In this document: positions 42,935 through 52,353 of the stretch, piece by piece
Numbering within the stretch: position 1 is the stretch's first letter
Layout: each line of letters starts with the position of its first letter
Origin: a bacterium
Lineage (GTDB): Bacteria > Patescibacteriota > Saccharimonadia > UBA4664 > JBBRNT01
Length of the DNA: 64,000 bases
Assembly (NCBI GenBank): GCA_043767845.1
Contig: JAYUFZ010000018.1
Span: forward strand, 3,312-67,311
Direction of reading: 5' to 3'
Notes under the pieces: model-generated
Database searches by the model: none
Seen by the model: only the letters and a program-made list of their open reading frames with translations
What the model was told of the DNA's origin: nothing
Translations under genes and position numbers: made by a program

Positions 42935-45451
42935 CTAACGGAGGATTACCTGCAAGAAAGTGCCAGGGTCATTCATCGTGCTACCGCCCTCTACGATAGG
43001 CTGGTAATACTCTATATAGGTACCATTCGGTAGTCCAGGCGAGCGAGTATACAGGAAGCTGAATTGGGCCGATTCACCGGGTGCTACGATATGGGGATTG
43101 ATTGAATAGGCGCTACCATCGGCTTTATAGACACTCGCAAACTGGCCTGTCGGCCTATTTTGGTCTGGGTTCCAGGTAGATCCGAGGTTATCGCGCCGAT
43201 TAATTGGACGGCTAGTAGCTAGGTGGACGGGTCTCTTGCCTGCCCCGGGGGCGCTGATATCATCATACCAAGGAATGTTGCCGTTGTTCTTATAGGTAAT
43301 GAAGCCGATCGCCGTGCTACCTGCCGTACCTAGGACAGGATAGTTAGATTGAGTTACGTATTGCGAGCTGTAGTAGCCTGCAATGAGCGTCACATCCAAG
43401 AAAGTACCCGGATCGTTCATGAGGCTACCTCCCTCGACTATTGGCCTAAACCACTCCCGGGAGACGGTGGTAATGGGTACCGGGTCGGAGGCAATACTGA
43501 AGCTGAAGCGGGCTGATTCACCTGGTAGCACGACGTGAGGGTTGGCTCCATAAGGATTGCCATGAGAGTCGAAGACGGTATTGAAGTTGTAGGCCGCTCG
43601 GTTCTGGTCGCCACCCCAACGCATCCCTACGGCGCTTCGGCGGTTGATTGGGTTAGCGGTTGCTAAGTGGACGGGCCTACTGCCGGCCGCCGCCGAGCTT
43701 AGGCCTAGGTCGTCGTACCAGGGCATGTTACCGGTGTTGGTATACTCGATATATCCAGTGGCGACTTCATTGCCAGATAGTACGCTGGGATAGCCAGACT
43801 GCCCATGATAGGCTGACATCCAGGTTGGCGCGCCGACACTTACATCCAAGAATGTACCAGAATCATTGATGCTCGAGCCGTTGTCCGGATACAGCTGGAA
43901 CCACTCACGATAGTTGCCCGCCGAGATATTGCCTGGGGCATCGAAATTGAAGCCTAGCTTCACTATCTGGCCAGGTACGGCCTGGTGTTGGCTGGCCGCC
44001 AGAGTAGTGCCATCGGCCTCATAGACAGCTGTAAAGCCGGTGGCCGGGATGTTGCGGCCAGTCCCCCAATTGACTCCAAACTGGGAGCTGCGATCCTTGG
44101 CACGGCTGGTACCCAGGTAGACGTGAGTTTGGCCGGAAATAGTATTGTCGTACCAATTTAGGTTGCCGGTGTTCTTGAAGGTGAAGTAAGCTGGCGCGCT
44201 TGCCCCGGGAAGCAGTGACGGGTAGCTCGATTGGCTGACATAGGTCGAATTATACGTTGGTGTCACGCTCACATCCAGGAACGTGCCTGGGTCGTTCATG
44301 GTCGAACCACCTTCTAGGATTGGCTGGAAGTATTCCCGGTAGGTGCCCGGTACTAGGCTTATGGGGGCCGTGAGGGTGAAACTAAATTTCACGGATTCGG
44401 CTGGCTGGACGGCGTGCGGATTGACGCTGTAGGCGCTGCCATCGGATTTATAGACCGTCGCAAAGACCATTGCTGGACGGTTTTGGTCACGGTTCCAGCC
44501 CGTTCCTAGCCGGCTGGTACGGTTAATAGGCTGGCCGGTTGAGAGGTGGACAGGCAGGGCACTCACGCCAGCTGCAGAAACATCATCGTACCAGGGCTGG
44601 TTGCCGGCATTTTGATAGGTCAAATATACAGTGGTCGTGCCGCCAGCTGTAAGCGTTGGATACGAAGACTGGCCTTTATAGGCCGACAGATAATTACCCG
44701 CCCAAGTCGTCCCGAACCAACTATTAAAGAAGCTTATGAAGTTATAATTGCCATAGTAGTAGGTACCGCTAACAAGCGTGTAAGCGCTGTCTGGGCGGTG
44801 GGGGGTGTAATTGTAGAGCGAGCCGGTGGCGCAGGTTTGCAAGAACGTATCGCGGCCATCTACCGGAGTCGTGTTACCTCTTGCCCACTTGCTATTTACC
44901 GACCAGCTGGGGAAGGAGGTGGTATTACCACAGTCACGGTCTTGGCCAACCTTGAGTAATGTCGCTCCTAGGTGGACTTGGTTGTAAAAACCGTAATACT
45001 GGGCATCGCAAACACTCTGAGTCTCGGGGCAGCCGTAGCCCATGGCTGATTTATATTGGCTGGGATAGGGCCAGGTATCAGTCACTAGGCTTTGTTCTTT
45101 TTGCAGAGTCACCAGTATGACCTGCGGGTTTAGCCCAGCAGCCATTGCTTCGTCATATATTAAGCGAGCTGCCGACTTGCTAGTGGTTGGGTCAATGTAG
45201 TCCTTCAAACAGACGTAGGGCACTGTGGCTCCGCCATGATAAGAATCGCAAGTCGGAACCTTGCCATTGAGAAAGTTCTGGATATCGGCGACCGACATTG
45301 TGGCGGTGTTGGCGAACACAAAATCGTCGATAATCCGTGAATTGTAGGCTGGGTCGACAATCGGAGTGTTGGCATAGCCCATGGCGGCCTGCGCACCGAA
45401 TAGGCCGGCGGCGATAATAAGGTATTTAAGGATTCGTATAGCTTGTTTCAT
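42935..45451 (-). CDS. secreted cell-surface protein: N-terminal Cys-containing domain + four ~150-aa tandem repeats
   Basis: Signal peptide 'LIIAAGLFGAQAAMG'. Repeats each carry 'Y.GQS.YP.L..G...Y..Y.N.GN.PWYDD...RPVHLAT..PINR.S..G..W..DQNR....F..VY...G..Y..NPH.V.PGES..FSF......G.Y.E.FQPI.EGGS.MNDPGTFLDV'. Confidence 0.6.
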   Translation of the reverse strand: MKQAIRILKYLIIAAGLFGAQAAMGYANTPIVDPAYNSRIIDDFVFANTATMSVADIQNFLNGKVPTCDSYHGGATVPYVCLKDYIDPTTSKSAARLIYDEAMAAGLNPQVILVTLQKEQSLVTDTWPYPSQYKSAMGYGCPETQSVCDAQYYGFYNQVHLGATLLKVGQDRDCGNTTSFPSWSVNSKWARGNTTPVDGRDTFLQTCATGSLYNYTPHRPDSAYTLVSGTYYYGNYNFISFFNSWFGTTWAGNYLSAYKGQSSYPTLTAGGTTTVYLTYQNAGNQPWYDDVSAAGVSALPVHLSTGQPINRTSRLGTGWNRDQNRPAMVFATVYKSDGSAYSVNPHAVQPAESVKFSFTLTAPISLVPGTYREYFQPILEGGSTMNDPGTFLDVSVTPTYNSTYVSQSSYPSLLPGASAPAYFTFKNTGNLNWYDNTISGQTHVYLGTSRAKDRSSQFGVNWGTGRNIPATGFTAVYEADGTTLAASQHQAVPGQIVKLGFNFDAPGNISAGNYREWFQLYPDNGSSINDSGTFLDVSVGAPTWMSAYHGQSGYPSVLSGNEVATGYIEYTNTGNMPWYDDLGLSSAAAGSRPVHLATANPINRRSAVGMRWGGDQNRAAYNFNTVFDSHGNPYGANPHVVLPGESARFSFSIASDPVPITTVSREWFRPIVEGGSLMNDPGTFLDVTLIAGYYSSQYVTQSNYPVLGTAGSTAIGFITYKNNGNIPWYDDISAPGAGKRPVHLATSRPINRRDNLGSTWNPDQNRPTGQFASVYKADGSAYSINPHIVAPGESAQFSFLYTRSPGLPNGTYIEYYQPIVEGGSTMNDPGTFLQVILR
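42938..44710 (-). repeat. four in-frame tandem ~450-nt coding repeats inside the surface-protein gene
   Basis: Recurring DNA strings (e.g. 'catccaggaacgtgcctgggtcgttcatgg' ~44270, 'catccaagaaagtacccggatcgttcatgag' ~43395, 'catccaagaatgtaccagaatcattgatgc' ~43850) and the protein-level repeats. Confidence 0.6.
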
Positions 45452-45453
45452 GC

Positions 45454-46017
45454 TTAGAAATTCACCGCTACATCGGCGACATTTATTTCTGAGGAGTCGG
45501 TTGGGCTAATACTAAAGACCTGTAGCTCTCCGCTGTCGCCGGCCTTGGCCTGGCTGGTAAAAGCTAACTCAAAAGAAAAATTCTGGGTAATAGTTGGATC
45601 ACCGGTGAGCGCAAAAATACCCTCCCCCAGCTGGCCTGATGACACTGCCTTGACGCGCCAATGCAGTTTGCCATCGACGACCTTCGCTTGGCCGGTAACT
45701 TTGGTGCCAGAAGTAACAGTCGCGCCGTTTGAGGGGCTCAGGATAGTGACGAGTCCAGAGGCGCTCGACTGCGGTGGAGCAGGAGTGGGAGTGGGGCTTG
45801 AGCTAATTGGCAGGGGCGTGATCACGGTTGTCGGCGTGCCAGGTTCGTCAGCTTTCGGTCGGTAGGCGGTATCTTGAGGGGTGGGGGTGGTTGACTTGCT
45901 GAGACCGCCTCGAGTATTGACCTTGGTATAGCTAGCATATAAAACCCCACCTGCGGCGACGAGTCCCAGGATGAGAACGATCCAATTTTTACGGTCACTG
46001 GCAAATGACATACACAC
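45454..46017 (-). CDS. membrane-anchored small protein with Pro/Thr-rich linker and Ig-like beta domain
   Basis: TM 'WIVLILGLVAAGGVLYA', linker 'TPTPQD..PGTPTTVITPLPISSSPTPTPAPPQSS', then a ~100-aa beta-rich domain. Start uncertain (MCMSFASD vs MSFASD). Confidence 0.4.
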   Translation of the reverse strand: MCMSFASDRKNWIVLILGLVAAGGVLYASYTKVNTRGGLSKSTTPTPQDTAYRPKADEPGTPTTVITPLPISSSPTPTPAPPQSSASGLVTILSPSNGATVTSGTKVTGQAKVVDGKLHWRVKAVSSGQLGEGIFALTGDPTITQNFSFELAFTSQAKAGDSGELQVFSISPTDSSEINVADVAVNF

Positions 46018-46106
46018 CCTCGTATCTAGCTGATTATACCATAGGCGGCGGGTAGGGCGGCTGGGTGCGGTGCCCAGTTCGGTGAATGGTTTGCTACAAT
46101 AGGCAT

Positions 46107-47147
46107 ATGATTATCTGCATTATCGCCGGAGGGTCGGGTACTAGGTTGTGGCCGTTGTCGCAGCCAAACTACCCCAAGCACTTACTGCGCCTGACTGGCA
46201 AAACTTCGATGCTCCAGAACACTTTCGCCCGGGCCAAGGGCCTAACCGACGACATCTATATCATTACCGAGGCTTCGCACGCCGCCGAAGTGCGCGAACA
46301 ATTGCCGGATCTTGAGGTAAGCCATGTTTTAGTCGAACCGGGGCGGCGGGGGACGGCCTCCTGCATCGCTTTGGCGCTGGCCATCATTAGTCGTGACCAG
46401 CCCGACGAAACAGTCGTATTCTTGCACGCCGACCACCACATTATAGATACCGAGGGTTTTGGGACTACCGTACGAGCCGCCGCCCAGTCCTCTGAGCTTG
46501 ATAGCCGGATTGCACTCATAGGCCTAGAACCTACCCATGCCGCCACCGGCTTTGGCTATATCAAAAGTGGTCGGGAAGTCCGCAATGTTGATGGCATCAG
46601 TGTCCGCACCGCTGAGCGTTTTGTCGAGAAGCCAAGTTTCGAAGTAGCTGAAGGCTATCTGGCAGAGGGTAATTATCTATGGAACTTAGGATTGTTTGCC
46701 GCTCCTGTGGCTGTCTTTGTTCGCGCCATGCGCCGTCATGCGCCAGACTTGTTCGCAGGTTTTGAGCGCTTGCGGCAGAGTGAAACTGAGGAGGATCTGG
46801 CGAGCGCCTATCTCGATCTCGCCAATCAGGCCATAGACTACGCCCTGATGGAAAAGATTGATGATTTGCTGGTGGTGCCAGGCCGCTTTGACTGGGCCGA
46901 TATCGGCTCCTACTTCGACCTCCATAAGATTCTCCAGGGCGTTGATAGTAATGCTTTGTCTGGCGACATCTACCAGATCGACTGTAGCGACAGTATGATT
47001 CATGGCTCCGGCAAGCCCATCGTGGCCATTGGGCTGTCGGGTATCGTAGTAGTCGACACCCCCGACGGCCTGCTGGTCTGCGCCAAGGACCAATCGCAGC
47101 TAGTCGGTGACATGGTCAAGCAATTGCAGGCCAAAAAAGCCGCCTAG
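46107..47147 (+). CDS. manC: mannose-1-phosphate guanylyltransferase (GDP-mannose pyrophosphorylase)
   Basis: 'IIAGGSGTRLWPLSQPNYPKHLL' is the nucleotidyl-transferase signature. Start at ATG 46107 preferred over 46086. Confidence 0.7.
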   Translation: MIICIIAGGSGTRLWPLSQPNYPKHLLRLTGKTSMLQNTFARAKGLTDDIYIITEASHAAEVREQLPDLEVSHVLVEPGRRGTASCIALALAIISRDQPDETVVFLHADHHIIDTEGFGTTVRAAAQSSELDSRIALIGLEPTHAATGFGYIKSGREVRNVDGISVRTAERFVEKPSFEVAEGYLAEGNYLWNLGLFAAPVAVFVRAMRRHAPDLFAGFERLRQSETEEDLASAYLDLANQAIDYALMEKIDDLLVVPGRFDWADIGSYFDLHKILQGVDSNALSGDIYQIDCSDSMIHGSGKPIVAIGLSGIVVVDTPDGLLVCAKDQSQLVGDMVKQLQAKKAA

Positions 47148-47185
47148 CTACGGTTATTGAGCCTATTCATATATAATGAATAGCA

Positions 47186-49054
47186 ATGGCAAAAAAAGTC
47201 GTAAACACAACCGAAGTAAGCAGTAGCCTGGCACCAAAAGCCAAAAAAGCCAAAGTCATAACGGCTGCCCCAGTCCCCGAAGTCGCTCCCGATGAGACTG
47301 TTTTTGAGCTACCCGCCCCCGAGGGCCAGGCCGACTGGATGCAGTTGCTTGGCGGACTATTGGCGCTGGCGCTTGTCGCCATGGCCTTGGTCGGCGGCTT
47401 TGAGCTGCTCTACCGGGGTAAGGTCTATCCCGGCGTGCGCGCCGAGGGCGTTTATCTCGGCGGCTTGACCCGCGAGCAGGCTAAGGCTGCCCTGGCTACC
47501 CGTCTCGACCAATTCTCCCACGAGCAAATCCCTGTGACCTACGGCAATACCACCTTGCGGGTGAGCGTTGCCCAGCTTGAGACTAAGTATGATACCGACA
47601 AAATCACTAGAGAGGCGCTGAGCTTCGGTCGCAACGCCAGTTGGCCAATCCGTTTGCACGAGCAGGCCCGGGCACTGTTTGGCCGCTCCACCAGCCTAAG
47701 CAGCGTGAGCTTCAATATAGCCCGCCTACTACCCTACCTAAACCAGATCGATGACGACCTCAATCGGCCAGTAGCCAATGCCCAACTCAACTTTGTGAGT
47801 GGCAAAGTGGCGGTGGTGGCCGCCAAGGCTGGCCAACGCCTGGATCGTGGCCTGCTTGTCGCCCAGCTGGCCAGCGCGCTTGAGCTAACATCGGTCGAAG
47901 ACATTGAGGCGCCATATTATCGCCTGGCACCAATTGTTGAAACCACCGACCTAGAAGGTGCCAAGGATCAAGCTAGTCGCTATTTGGATACTCCGTTGAC
48001 GCTAAAGGCCGACACGGTTACGCAGACCGTTGAGCCGGGGGACATTATTAACTGGCTGCATTTTGGCGATCCGCACCGCTCTGAAATTACCGGCTCCTTC
48101 CCGGTCAACGACTACTACCAGCTGAATCGCACGACTACCTTGAGCTTCGACGACGCTAAGCTGGAGGCCTATGTGGCCGAGCTAGCTACTCATATAGACC
48201 GTCCCGCCCAGAACGCCCAACTGTCGATCGTCGATGGTAAGGCGACGGTATTTGTGCTCAGCCGCAATGGTATGAAACTCGACCAGGCTGGATCGGTGAC
48301 GGCCATCCAGAAGGCCCTTGATACTACCGGAAGTGAGCGGACCGTAGCGCTCCCAACCGCTGTCGCCAAGGCCGAGATCAATGAAGATACGCTGAACAAT
48401 CTGGGTATCAAAGAGCTCATCAGCGAAGGCACCACCTACTTCCCTGGCTCGCCCTCTACCCGTCTCATCAACGTCCGCGCCGGCGCTAGCAAAATGAACG
48501 GTGTGCTCATTAAGCCTGGCGAAACCTGGTCGTTCGACGAAGCGCTGGGACCGATCGGCCCCGAAACCGGCTATGTGCCAGAATTAGTCATTCTCAATAA
48601 CCACGAAGAAAAGCAGTATGGCGGGGGACTGTGCCAAGTTTCCAGCACGGCCTACCGCGCGGCACTGCTGGCCGGCCTGCCGATCGTCCAACGCCAGAAC
48701 CACTCTTTTGCCATTAGCTATTACACCGCGCCGTTTGGCGTCCCAGGCGTCGATGCTACTATTTACCCGCCCGATGTTGACCTGAAATTCACCAACGACA
48801 CCGGCAGCTACATCCTCATCCAGACCATTATGAAGGGCACCACCCTGACCTTCCAGTACTACGGCACCAAAACCAAGTCCGGCGTCATCCGTGGACCATT
48901 CTTCGTGAGCGGTACCACCGACACCACCCAGCCCTCGCACACCATATTCTATAGAGACGTCCTCGACCTGGCTGGCAATGTCATTAAGACCGACGCCACC
49001 AACACCTGGTATAAATCCAGCAAGGATTTTCCGATCACGCAGCAAATTAATTAA
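47186..49054 (+). CDS. VanW family protein (membrane-anchored)
   Basis: N-terminal TM 'LLGGLLALALVAMALVGGF'. C-terminal 'GETWSFDEALGPIGPETGYVPELVILNNHEEKQYGGGLCQVSSTAYRAALLAGLPIVQRQNHSF' is the VanW core. Confidence 0.75.
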   Translation: MAKKVVNTTEVSSSLAPKAKKAKVITAAPVPEVAPDETVFELPAPEGQADWMQLLGGLLALALVAMALVGGFELLYRGKVYPGVRAEGVYLGGLTREQAKAALATRLDQFSHEQIPVTYGNTTLRVSVAQLETKYDTDKITREALSFGRNASWPIRLHEQARALFGRSTSLSSVSFNIARLLPYLNQIDDDLNRPVANAQLNFVSGKVAVVAAKAGQRLDRGLLVAQLASALELTSVEDIEAPYYRLAPIVETTDLEGAKDQASRYLDTPLTLKADTVTQTVEPGDIINWLHFGDPHRSEITGSFPVNDYYQLNRTTTLSFDDAKLEAYVAELATHIDRPAQNAQLSIVDGKATVFVLSRNGMKLDQAGSVTAIQKALDTTGSERTVALPTAVAKAEINEDTLNNLGIKELISEGTTYFPGSPSTRLINVRAGASKMNGVLIKPGETWSFDEALGPIGPETGYVPELVILNNHEEKQYGGGLCQVSSTAYRAALLAGLPIVQRQNHSFAISYYTAPFGVPGVDATIYPPDVDLKFTNDTGSYILIQTIMKGTTLTFQYYGTKTKSGVIRGPFFVSGTTDTTQPSHTIFYRDVLDLAGNVIKTDATNTWYKSSKDFPITQQIN

Positions 49055-49055
49055 G

Positions 49056-49757
49056 ATGAAACTGCTCCTCACCTCCAACGGCCTATCCAATCCGTCTATT
49101 GCCAACGCGCTTGAAGAGCTGGTCGGCAAGCCGCGTGAACAGATCAAGATCGCCTTCATTCCGACTGCGGCATTTCCCGAAGATGATGATGAGCACGAAT
49201 CCAGGGACTGGCTTATCGACGATTTATACCGGATTAAAGAGTTCTGCGGTTTTATTGATGTCGTAAGCCTGGCCGATCTTCCCAAGCAAGTGGTTATGGC
49301 TCGGCTTGAATATGTCGATGTCATCTTCGTAGGTGGAGGCAATACTTTCTACCTGAGTTATTGGATGGAAAAAATCGGTTTATTTGATTCCCTACCTAAG
49401 TTTCTCGAGACAAGAGTCTATGCCGGCATCAGTGCTGGTAGTATGATCGCCACCGCGAGTATCCGGACCGCTTCGCAGGCAATCGAAGACACTGGTAAAT
49501 ACTATGATGAATTATACGATGAGCTCGGACCGAAAGGGCAGTCGGCTGGCCGCGCAGCTCAGCTGGTTGATTTTGCTTTGCGGCCCCATTTTGGCAGTGT
49601 CAGCTTCCCGAATGTTAAAGGCGACTTCTTACAGGCGATCGCCGATGACACCAAGCTGCCTTTGTATGCCATCGATGACAATAGTGCCATTAAGGTGGTA
49701 GACGGTGCGATCGAGGTTATAAGCGAAGGCCAATGGGAGCTATTTAATCCCGCCTGA
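49056..49757 (+). CDS. peptidase S51 family (dipeptidase E-like)
   Basis: Start at ATG 49056, 1 nt after the VanW stop. 'MKLLLTSNGLSNPSIANALEELVGK..KIAFIPTAA' and 'VIFVGGGNTFYL' are typical S51. Confidence 0.7.
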   Translation: MKLLLTSNGLSNPSIANALEELVGKPREQIKIAFIPTAAFPEDDDEHESRDWLIDDLYRIKEFCGFIDVVSLADLPKQVVMARLEYVDVIFVGGGNTFYLSYWMEKIGLFDSLPKFLETRVYAGISAGSMIATASIRTASQAIEDTGKYYDELYDELGPKGQSAGRAAQLVDFALRPHFGSVSFPNVKGDFLQAIADDTKLPLYAIDDNSAIKVVDGAIEVISEGQWELFNPA

Positions 49758-49777
49758 TTCATGTTTCGCAAAACGCT

Positions 49778-49812
49778 TGACACTTCGGCTTATGTTCGGT
49801 AAAATGCTTATG
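49778..49812 (+). promoter_or_regulatory. lexA promoter: -35 TTGACA, 17-nt spacer, -10 TAAAAT; spacer/downstream holds GCTTATG direct repeat and a GTTCG half-site (candidate SOS operator)
   Basis: Read directly: 'TTGACActtcggcttatgttcggTAAAATgcttatg', followed by SD AAGGAGGG before the lexA ATG. Confidence 0.4.
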
Positions 49813-49840
49813 AAGGATATTAATCTAGTAAGGAGGGCAT

Positions 49841-50461
49841 ATGGCCGAACCACTCACCAGGCGTCAAAAAGAAGTATTAGACTTTGTAACCCAATACATT
49901 GAGGTCCATGGCTATGCGCCGAGCTACCGCGAGATCGCTTCGGCTTTCAAGCTGGGCTCTGTGGCTACCATTGCCGAGCATGTGGAAACGCTCGTCACCA
50001 AGGGCTTTTTAACCAAGCGCGACAACGACGCCCGCTCGCTGCAAACAGTGAAGATCGAAGAGTTCGAGAGTGAGCGCTCTGTGGGCCTGCCCATCCTCGG
50101 CCTCATCGCTGCCGGTCGACCCATTGAGGCCATCGAAGGCCACACCGAGACCCTGGAAGTTCCGCCGTTCATGGTTGGCCGCAAGCACTCCTACGTATTG
50201 CAGGTCAAAGGCGACAGCATGATCGAAGACGGTATCTTTGATGGTGACTACGTCGTCATCCAAGAAAAAGACATTCCCTCCAATGGCGAAATGGTCGTTG
50301 CTCTCATCAACGGTGGCGAAGCTACCCTCAAGCGCTACTACAAGGAAAAAGACCACATTCGCCTGCAGCCAGCCAACAATGCTTACAAGCCAATCCTCGT
50401 GAAGCCCGGCACTCCCATCACTATTCAGGGTATCTGCATCGGCGTAATACGTAAATACTAG
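49841..50461 (+). CDS. lexA: LexA repressor
   Basis: N-terminal HTH 'LTRRQKEVLDFVTQYIEVHGYAPSYREIA'. Cleavage and peptidase motifs 'IAAGRP', 'LQVKGDSMIEDGIFDGDYVVIQ' (Ser-Lys dyad region). Confidence 0.9.
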   Translation: MAEPLTRRQKEVLDFVTQYIEVHGYAPSYREIASAFKLGSVATIAEHVETLVTKGFLTKRDNDARSLQTVKIEEFESERSVGLPILGLIAAGRPIEAIEGHTETLEVPPFMVGRKHSYVLQVKGDSMIEDGIFDGDYVVIQEKDIPSNGEMVVALINGGEATLKRYYKEKDHIRLQPANNAYKPILVKPGTPITIQGICIGVIRKY

Positions 50462-50682
50462 ATCAAGACCAGATCGCATTGATCACTACAAAAAGTCAGA
50501 TCGAAAGACCAAATGAAAGTTAGGTGGGGCGAACATGAATAAACGACAAATGAGAGCAACATTTCGAAAATACCTCTTTGGGTTCACCTTTGAGGTAATA
50601 AGCCCGGCCACGGACTCAGACGGAGCTAGTCAAAGTCTGCAGGTAAGCGACGATATCTCACGAATCGATCTAAACAATGAAG

Positions 50683-51864
50683 CTACTTATACAGATGTTC
50701 GCGAGTTAGCGGGCGATCGTAGTCAAAGCCCTTACTAAACACCCAGTGCGAGAGGCCAAGGCTACCACTCCGGAATGCGGCTACACAGCCCGCTAGGTAA
50801 AAGCGCCACATACGGTAGAAGTTTTCATCGAAATCTTCAATAACCTGCTCCTTGTTCTCTTCAAAACGCTTCGACCATTCTAGAAGGGTGCGCGCATAAT
50901 GAGGACCAATGTTCTCATAGTCGGTTAAGTAAAAGTTGTATTCTGGTAAAAGCGCAGTAATTTCACGAATACTTGGTATGTAGCCGCCCGGGAAGATATA
51001 GCGGTCGAGCCATGGGTCGACTGAAACTTCCTTTTGCTGGCTAATGCTGTGGAGTACTGAAATACCCTTGGGCTTCAGTAGCTTATCGACGACCTCGAAA
51101 TACTGGCGATGGTTGTGTTGGCCGACATGCTCGAGCATACCCACACTTACAACGCGGTCGAAAGTCTGACCCAGCGTTGGTGTGTCTTGGTAGTTCATAA
51201 GCTCGAAGCGCACTTGCTTCTCAACACCTTGTTCCTTGGCATATTCGCGGGCCCTAGCGACCTGCTCGGAGCTCAGTGTTACACCAACCCCGGTAATTCC
51301 GTATTGTTTTGCAGCCCGTACAAGTAAGTATCCCCAGCCACACCCTAAGTCGATAAGCGATTGGCCTTTTTTGAGCTGAAGTTTCTTGATAACGTGGTCG
51401 TATTTTTGGACCTGGGCTTGTTCTAGGGTGTCATTATCGGTTTTATAGTAAGCACAGGTATAACCCCAGGCTTCCTGGTCGAGCCAGAGGTGGTAGAAGT
51501 CATTGCCCAGGTCGTAGTGTTTGGCAATGTAGTCGCGTTGCTTGTGCTTAGTATTTTTGTTCTCTGTTTTGCCACCCCGAAAGCGCTTAAGTCCTGCGCG
51601 CGTGACGTCGTAATTGAAATGGCCTATCTCAAGCAAATCGGCAATCGGCTCGCTTATCAATAAGTCGCCACTCATGTAGCTCTCGCCAACGCCGAGGCTT
51701 ACGTTGGATATAATGGCTCGCAAAGCCTTGATGTTTTTAATGGTGATGTGCGACGATGGCTTTCCGGAGCCGTAAGTCTGGGTGTCGCCGTCCCAGAGCG
51801 TTACCGTTACAGTGCCGACTTTGGTGCGGCTGAGGATCGATGCGAGGAGTCGTTTTTCTAACAT
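50683..51864 (-). CDS. cfa: cyclopropane-fatty-acyl-phospholipid synthase family methyltransferase
   Basis: 'QSLIDLGCGWGYLLVRAAKQYGITGVGVTLSSEQ' (SAM motif I) plus the Cfa-type C-terminus. Start uncertain (51864 vs 51942). Confidence 0.75.
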   Translation of the reverse strand: MLEKRLLASILSRTKVGTVTVTLWDGDTQTYGSGKPSSHITIKNIKALRAIISNVSLGVGESYMSGDLLISEPIADLLEIGHFNYDVTRAGLKRFRGGKTENKNTKHKQRDYIAKHYDLGNDFYHLWLDQEAWGYTCAYYKTDNDTLEQAQVQKYDHVIKKLQLKKGQSLIDLGCGWGYLLVRAAKQYGITGVGVTLSSEQVARAREYAKEQGVEKQVRFELMNYQDTPTLGQTFDRVVSVGMLEHVGQHNHRQYFEVVDKLLKPKGISVLHSISQQKEVSVDPWLDRYIFPGGYIPSIREITALLPEYNFYLTDYENIGPHYARTLLEWSKRFEENKEQVIEDFDENFYRMWRFYLAGCVAAFRSGSLGLSHWVFSKGFDYDRPLTREHLYK

Positions 51865-52076
51865 GAGGGTATCATAGCATGCGATATTTGAGTTGTCAGG
51901 ACGGATTGCGATCTGTCGGCGCCTACTATAAACAACCAACACTCTTATGATTGACTCACCCCCGTATTCTTGCCTATACTTTACAGGTGCTAGAGGTGGT
52001 AATTTAGCCTCAAATAGTTTACACTCTCTGTCTAGTCAGTAGTCTCGCGGCCGAAATATGGCCCGTAATCCCGTAA

Positions 52077-52151
52077 TCCGAAGTAGCTCAGTGGTAGAGC
52101 AGTTCGCTGTTAACGAATTGGTCGTCGGTTCGAATCCGACCTTCGGAGCCA
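52077..52151 (+). tRNA. tRNA-Asn (anticodon GTT), CCA encoded
   Basis: Hand-folded cloverleaf. Acceptor TCCGAAG/CTTCGGA, D-arm GCTC-AGTGGTA-GAGC, anticodon arm GTTCG-CTGTTAA-CGAAT, T-arm GTCGG-TTCGAAT-CCGAC, discriminator G + CCA. Confidence 0.85.
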
Positions 52152-52159
52152 AGAAAAGA

Positions 52160-52187
52160 GTCGAGCTTATGCTCGGCTTTTTTCTTG
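52160..52187. terminator. rho-independent terminator (GTCGAGC-ttat-GCTCGGC + T6), bidirectional
   Basis: Stem-loop followed by TTTTTT on plus. Lies between tRNA-Asn (+) and the minus-strand tRNA-like element. Confidence 0.6.
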
Positions 52188-52291
52188 CCGTTCGCAGAAC
52201 CGGATTCGAACCGAAGGTTCGGCGTAGTCAAGGCTAGCCATAAGCTAGACGAGCGACGAAGGCGTAGCCGCTATCCGACCTTTGGAGCCGC
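52188..52291 (-). ncRNA. tRNA-like element A (canonical T-loop GGTTCGAATCC, long-variable-arm size) whose acceptor stem cannot be folded; possible degenerate tRNA or att-site remnant
   Basis: Minus-strand 'CCTTCGGTTCGAATCCGGTTCTGCGAACGG' gives a T-arm. No 5' segment pairs with the 3' acceptor strand by hand. Shares the 15-nt core AAGGTCGGATAGCGG with element B. Confidence 0.3.
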
Positions 52292-52330
52292 GTAATTATT
52301 ATGGCTCAAGAAAGCTAGTAAAATCATCAA

Positions 52331-52353
52331 GAGACCTTCAGGTCTCTTTTTGG
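52331..52353 (+). terminator. hairpin AGAGACC-ttca-GGTCTCT + T5
   Basis: Perfect 7-bp stem plus T-run. Lies inside the track's 52282 ORF N-terminus, so the real CDS start is placed at 52366. Confidence 0.5.

Noticed and set aside
44546-44959. 137-aa plus-strand ORF inside the repeat surface-protein gene
   Set aside because: Antisense to a gene with a signal peptide and four conserved repeats.
48584-49342. 252-aa minus-strand ORF overlapping VanW and peptidase S51 genes
   Set aside because: Antisense to two well-supported plus-strand CDSs; Ser/Gly-rich low complexity.
50009-50479. 156-aa minus-strand ORF overlapping lexA
   Set aside because: lexA on the plus strand has unambiguous motifs; the antisense ORF is spurious.
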